Source: Limnothrix sp. BL-A-16
Lineage (GTDB): Bacteria > Cyanobacteriota > Cyanobacteriia > CACIAM-69d
DNA length: 64,000 nucleotides
Direction: 5' to 3'
Assembly (NCBI GenBank): GCA_041937175.2
Contig: CP166615.1
Location: 288,001 to 352,000, forward strand
Shown: piece by piece, positions 61,375 to 64,000 of the stretch
Position numbering within the stretch: the stretch's first letter is position 1
How the letters are laid out: each line of letters starts with the position of its first letter
Translations under genes and position numbers: made by a program
The notes under the pieces: model-generated
Databases searched by the model: none
What the model saw: the letters and a program-made list of their open reading frames with translations, nothing else
What the model was told of the DNA's origin: nothing

Positions 61375-64000
61375 CCGACAGCACCCGATCGCCCCTTAAC
61401 AATTCCTCCGCCGCGGCCGCCTGCATGGGTTTGGCAAACAAAAAGCCCTGGCCATAGTCACAGCCCAACTGTTCCAGACATTGCAACTGCTCCGGGGTTT
61501 CAATGCCCTCGGCCACCGTGTGAATGTTCAAACTGCGGGCTAAATTGACGATCGTCCGCACAATGGCGGCGCTGTCGTCTGAGTAGGGCAGATCCTTCAC
61601 GAAGGAGCGATCGACCTTCAGGGCATTGATCGGGAACTGCTGCAATCGGCTGAGGGAAGAATAGCCCGTGCCGAAGTCATCAATGCAGGATTGCACCCCC
61701 AACGCTTTGAGCCGTGCCAGCTTATCCACCACCGAATCGACCCGCTCGGCGATCACACTTTCGGTCACCTCAATGCGCAAACAGGCCGGCGGCAAGCCCG
61801 TTTCCATCAGGGTTCGCTCAATCTGCTGCACCAAATTCGCTTGGGCAAACTGTCGCCCCGCAATGTTGACGCTAATGGAGAGGGGGAGATGGCTATGATC
61901 CCGATGCCAGCGCGATCGCCACTGTTGCAGTTGGGCGCAGGCCGCCGCCAACACCCATTCCCCCAAATGCACAATCAAATCCGTTTCTTCTGCGGCCGCC
62001 ACCATCACGGACGGCGAGATCCAACCCTGTTGGGGGTGGTTCCAGCGCACCAGGGCCTCAAAGCCCACCAACCGTAGATCTTGAATTCGGACGATCGGTT
62101 GGAAATAAACCTCTAAACCGTTGTTGCTGAGGGCTTGGCGCAAATCGCTTTCAATTTGCAACTGCGTGAGGGTGCTGTGGTGCAACATTGGCTCAAAGAC
62201 TTGGGAACAGGCCTTGCCGTTGGCCTTGGCGCGATACATGGCAATATCCGCATCACGCATGAGGTTTTGCCAGTTGGCGTAGGGCTGTTGGGTGGCGGGA
62301 TCCTGGCTGAGGGCCACGCCAATGCTGGCGCTGGTGTAGAAGTCATGGCCATGGATATGAAAGGGCTGTTTCAGGTGTTCCTGCACCCGATCGGCCACCC
62401 AAAGGGCCTCCTCACTCGTGCCCACATCGTCCAAAATGACGGCAAACTCATCGCCCCCCAGCCGGGCCACGGTGTCGTTGCACCGCAGACAACTTTGCAG
62501 GCGGCGGCCAATTTGCACCAATAGTTCATCGCCTGCATGGTGTCCCAGGCTGTCGTTGACCACTTTGAACCGATCGAGATCCACATACAACACCCCAAAC
62601 ATCCGATTGGCGTGGCGTTGGGATTGGCTGAGGCAAACTTTCAGCCGATCGACAAATAAGTTTCGATTGGGCAGCCCCGTCAAGGCATCGTAGAACGCGT
62701 TGTAGGTTAACTGTTCTTCCGCCTGTTTGCGGGCGCTGATATCTTCAACCAAGGCCAGGGTGTAGGGTTGTGCGTCGCTCGCCGATTGCACCAGGGAAAC
62801 GGTCACATTCACCCACTGGAGCTGACCATCCTTGCGCAGGTAGCGTTTTTCCAGAGAAAAGGAGGAAATATCGCCTCGCCACAGTCGCTGGGATTGTTTG
62901 AGGTTTTCGGCCAAGTCGCCGGGATAGGTCAAATCCTGGAAGGTTTGCTGCAACAGTTCTGCTTCCTCGTAGCCCAGGAGGTTGCAGAACCGTTGATTGA
63001 CATGTAAATAGCGACCATTGGGATCAATTTGGCAAATCCCGATCGCGGCCTGTTCCACAATGGCCCGAAACCGTTCTTCGCTTTCTCGGAGGGCTGCTTC
63101 TGAGCGCTTACGTTTGTCAATGTCGGTAATGGATCCCACCATCCTTTGCACTTGTCCCCGACGATCCCACTGGGCTTGGCCCCGGGCCGAAATCCATTTG
63201 TATTGACCATCGCGACATCGCAACCGATATTCCATGGAATATTCGTCGGTTTTGCGGTTGACATAATCGTCAAAGCTCCGCAGAACCCGACCCAAATCAT
63301 CGGGATGCACTCTGGAAATCCATTCCGCTCGACGGTTACCAATTTCATCGGCTTGATAGCCCAACATGGATTTCCAGCGGCTGGAGTAGACCACCTCATC
63401 GGACTTGGGGTTCCAATCCCAAATGCCGTCATTGTTGCCCTGGAGCACCAGTTGCCAACGGTCTTCGCTGGATTGTGCCCGATCGGCCAAGCGGGCGGGC
63501 AACTGCATCCAACGATGGATTTGCACACCGGCAATGATCGCCAAGCCACAGCCGGTTAACCAAGTCCAGAGCGATCGACGGGAGTACAGCACCCAACCAT
63601 CCCGGGGCAGGGCCGCCAATTCCCAATGGCTGTTGCCCACTTGCAGGAACGATCGCACCGGTTGCTGGCGAGCCAAAATTAGTTCCCCAAATTGCCGCTC
63701 CAGTGCTTGGCCCCGCACCCACACGGCCAGATGCACCGACGATTGGCGATTGGCGCGCAAATCTTCCACCACTTGGTTGACCTTGATCGCCACTTGTACC
63801 TGGATGGGGGGTTGACTCGATGGGGTCAACTGGTGAATGGGCATGGTGGTGTTAATGAGCAGCAGAGGCCGGGGGCGATCGAACTGGAGACGGGGAAGGC
63901 AAACGGGATTTAAATCCCAGGGTAAATCCGTGGCTAATGTCCAAGAGGGGGCCCGCGATCGACCTGCCGCGATCGGCTGGGGCGGACAATCGACTGAAGC
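61346..64000 (-). CDS. Membrane PAS-PAS-GGDEF-EAL protein; the frame stays open to the window edge
   Basis: TM helix, two PAS/PAC domains, [23 protein letters not shown]; no in-frame stop between 63844 and 64000. Confidence 0.93.
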   Translation of the reverse strand, partial: ASVDCPPQPIAAGRSRAPSWTLATDLPWDLNPVCLPRLQFDRPRPLLLINTTMPIHQLTPSSQPPIQVQVAIKVNQVVEDLRANRQSSVHLAVWVRGQALERQFGELILARQQPVRSFLQVGNSHWELAALPRDGWVLYSRRSLWTWLTGCGLAIIAGVQIHRWMQLPARLADRAQSSEDRWQLVLQGNNDGIWDWNPKSDEVVYSSRWKSMLGYQADEIGNRRAEWISRVHPDDLGRVLRSFDDYVNRKTDEYSMEYRLRCRDGQYKWISARGQAQWDRRGQVQRMVGSITDIDKRKRSEAALRESEERFRAIVEQAAIGICQIDPNGRYLHVNQRFCNLLGYEEAELLQQTFQDLTYPGDLAENLKQSQRLWRGDISSFSLEKRYLRKDGQLQWVNVTVSLVQSASDAQPYTLALVEDISARKQAEEQLTYNAFYDALTGLPNRNLFVDRLKVCLSQSQRHANRMFGVLYVDLDRFKVVNDSLGHHAGDELLVQIGRRLQSCLRCNDTVARLGGDEFAVILDDVGTSEEALWVADRVQEHLKQPFHIHGHDFYTSASIGVALSQDPATQQPYANWQNLMRDADIAMYRAKANGKACSQVFEPMLHHSTLTQLQIESDLRQALSNNGLEVYFQPIVRIQDLRLVGFEALVRWNHPQQGWISPSVMVAAAEETDLIVHLGEWVLAAACAQLQQWRSRWHRDHSHLPLSISVNIAGRQFAQANLVQQIERTLMETGLPPACLRIEVTESVIAERVDSVVDKLARLKALGVQSCIDDFGTGYSSLSRLQQFPINALKVDRSFVKDLPYSDDSAAIVRTIVNLARSLNIHTVAEGIETPEQLQCLEQLGCDYGQGFLFAKPMQAAAAEELLRGDRVLSVIRPQLGLN

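Overview
Chromosomal window from a filamentous, non-heterocystous-type cyanobacterium. This is inferred from very frequent HIP1 GCGATCGC sites and from flavodiiron, HLIP, PatA-type and Hps-type genes; a Limnothrix/Oscillatoriales-like host is my guess only. The window has about 50 mostly housekeeping or signalling genes: a TpsB/FhaC-type transporter, sufE, miaA, murE, flv1, sbcC, fni, queD, a pncB-nadD-nrtR NAD-salvage operon with an NrtR-like operator, a TRAP transporter, ubiD, cysK, pyrE, fabG, recJ, several two-component and c-di-GMP proteins, and two tandem MNT-HEPN toxin-antitoxin pairs. I found no rRNA, tRNA, CRISPR array or transposase. The most striking structure is non-coding: a family of ~142-bp miniature inverted-repeat elements (MITEs) that carry an internal palindrome (CAAGGGGCTTAAGCCCCTTG) whose central TA is their own insertion site. 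This gives nested 'Russian-doll' copies, a tandem half-element array, solo palindromes, one copy translated inside recJ, and a second MITE with different ends that carries the same core. Other points of interest are an EAL phosphodiesterase fused to a His-to-Tyr pseudo-HisKA domain, a serine-recombinase-like protein without its catalytic motif, a ynfA pseudogene and a papain-like protease with a long acidic tail.
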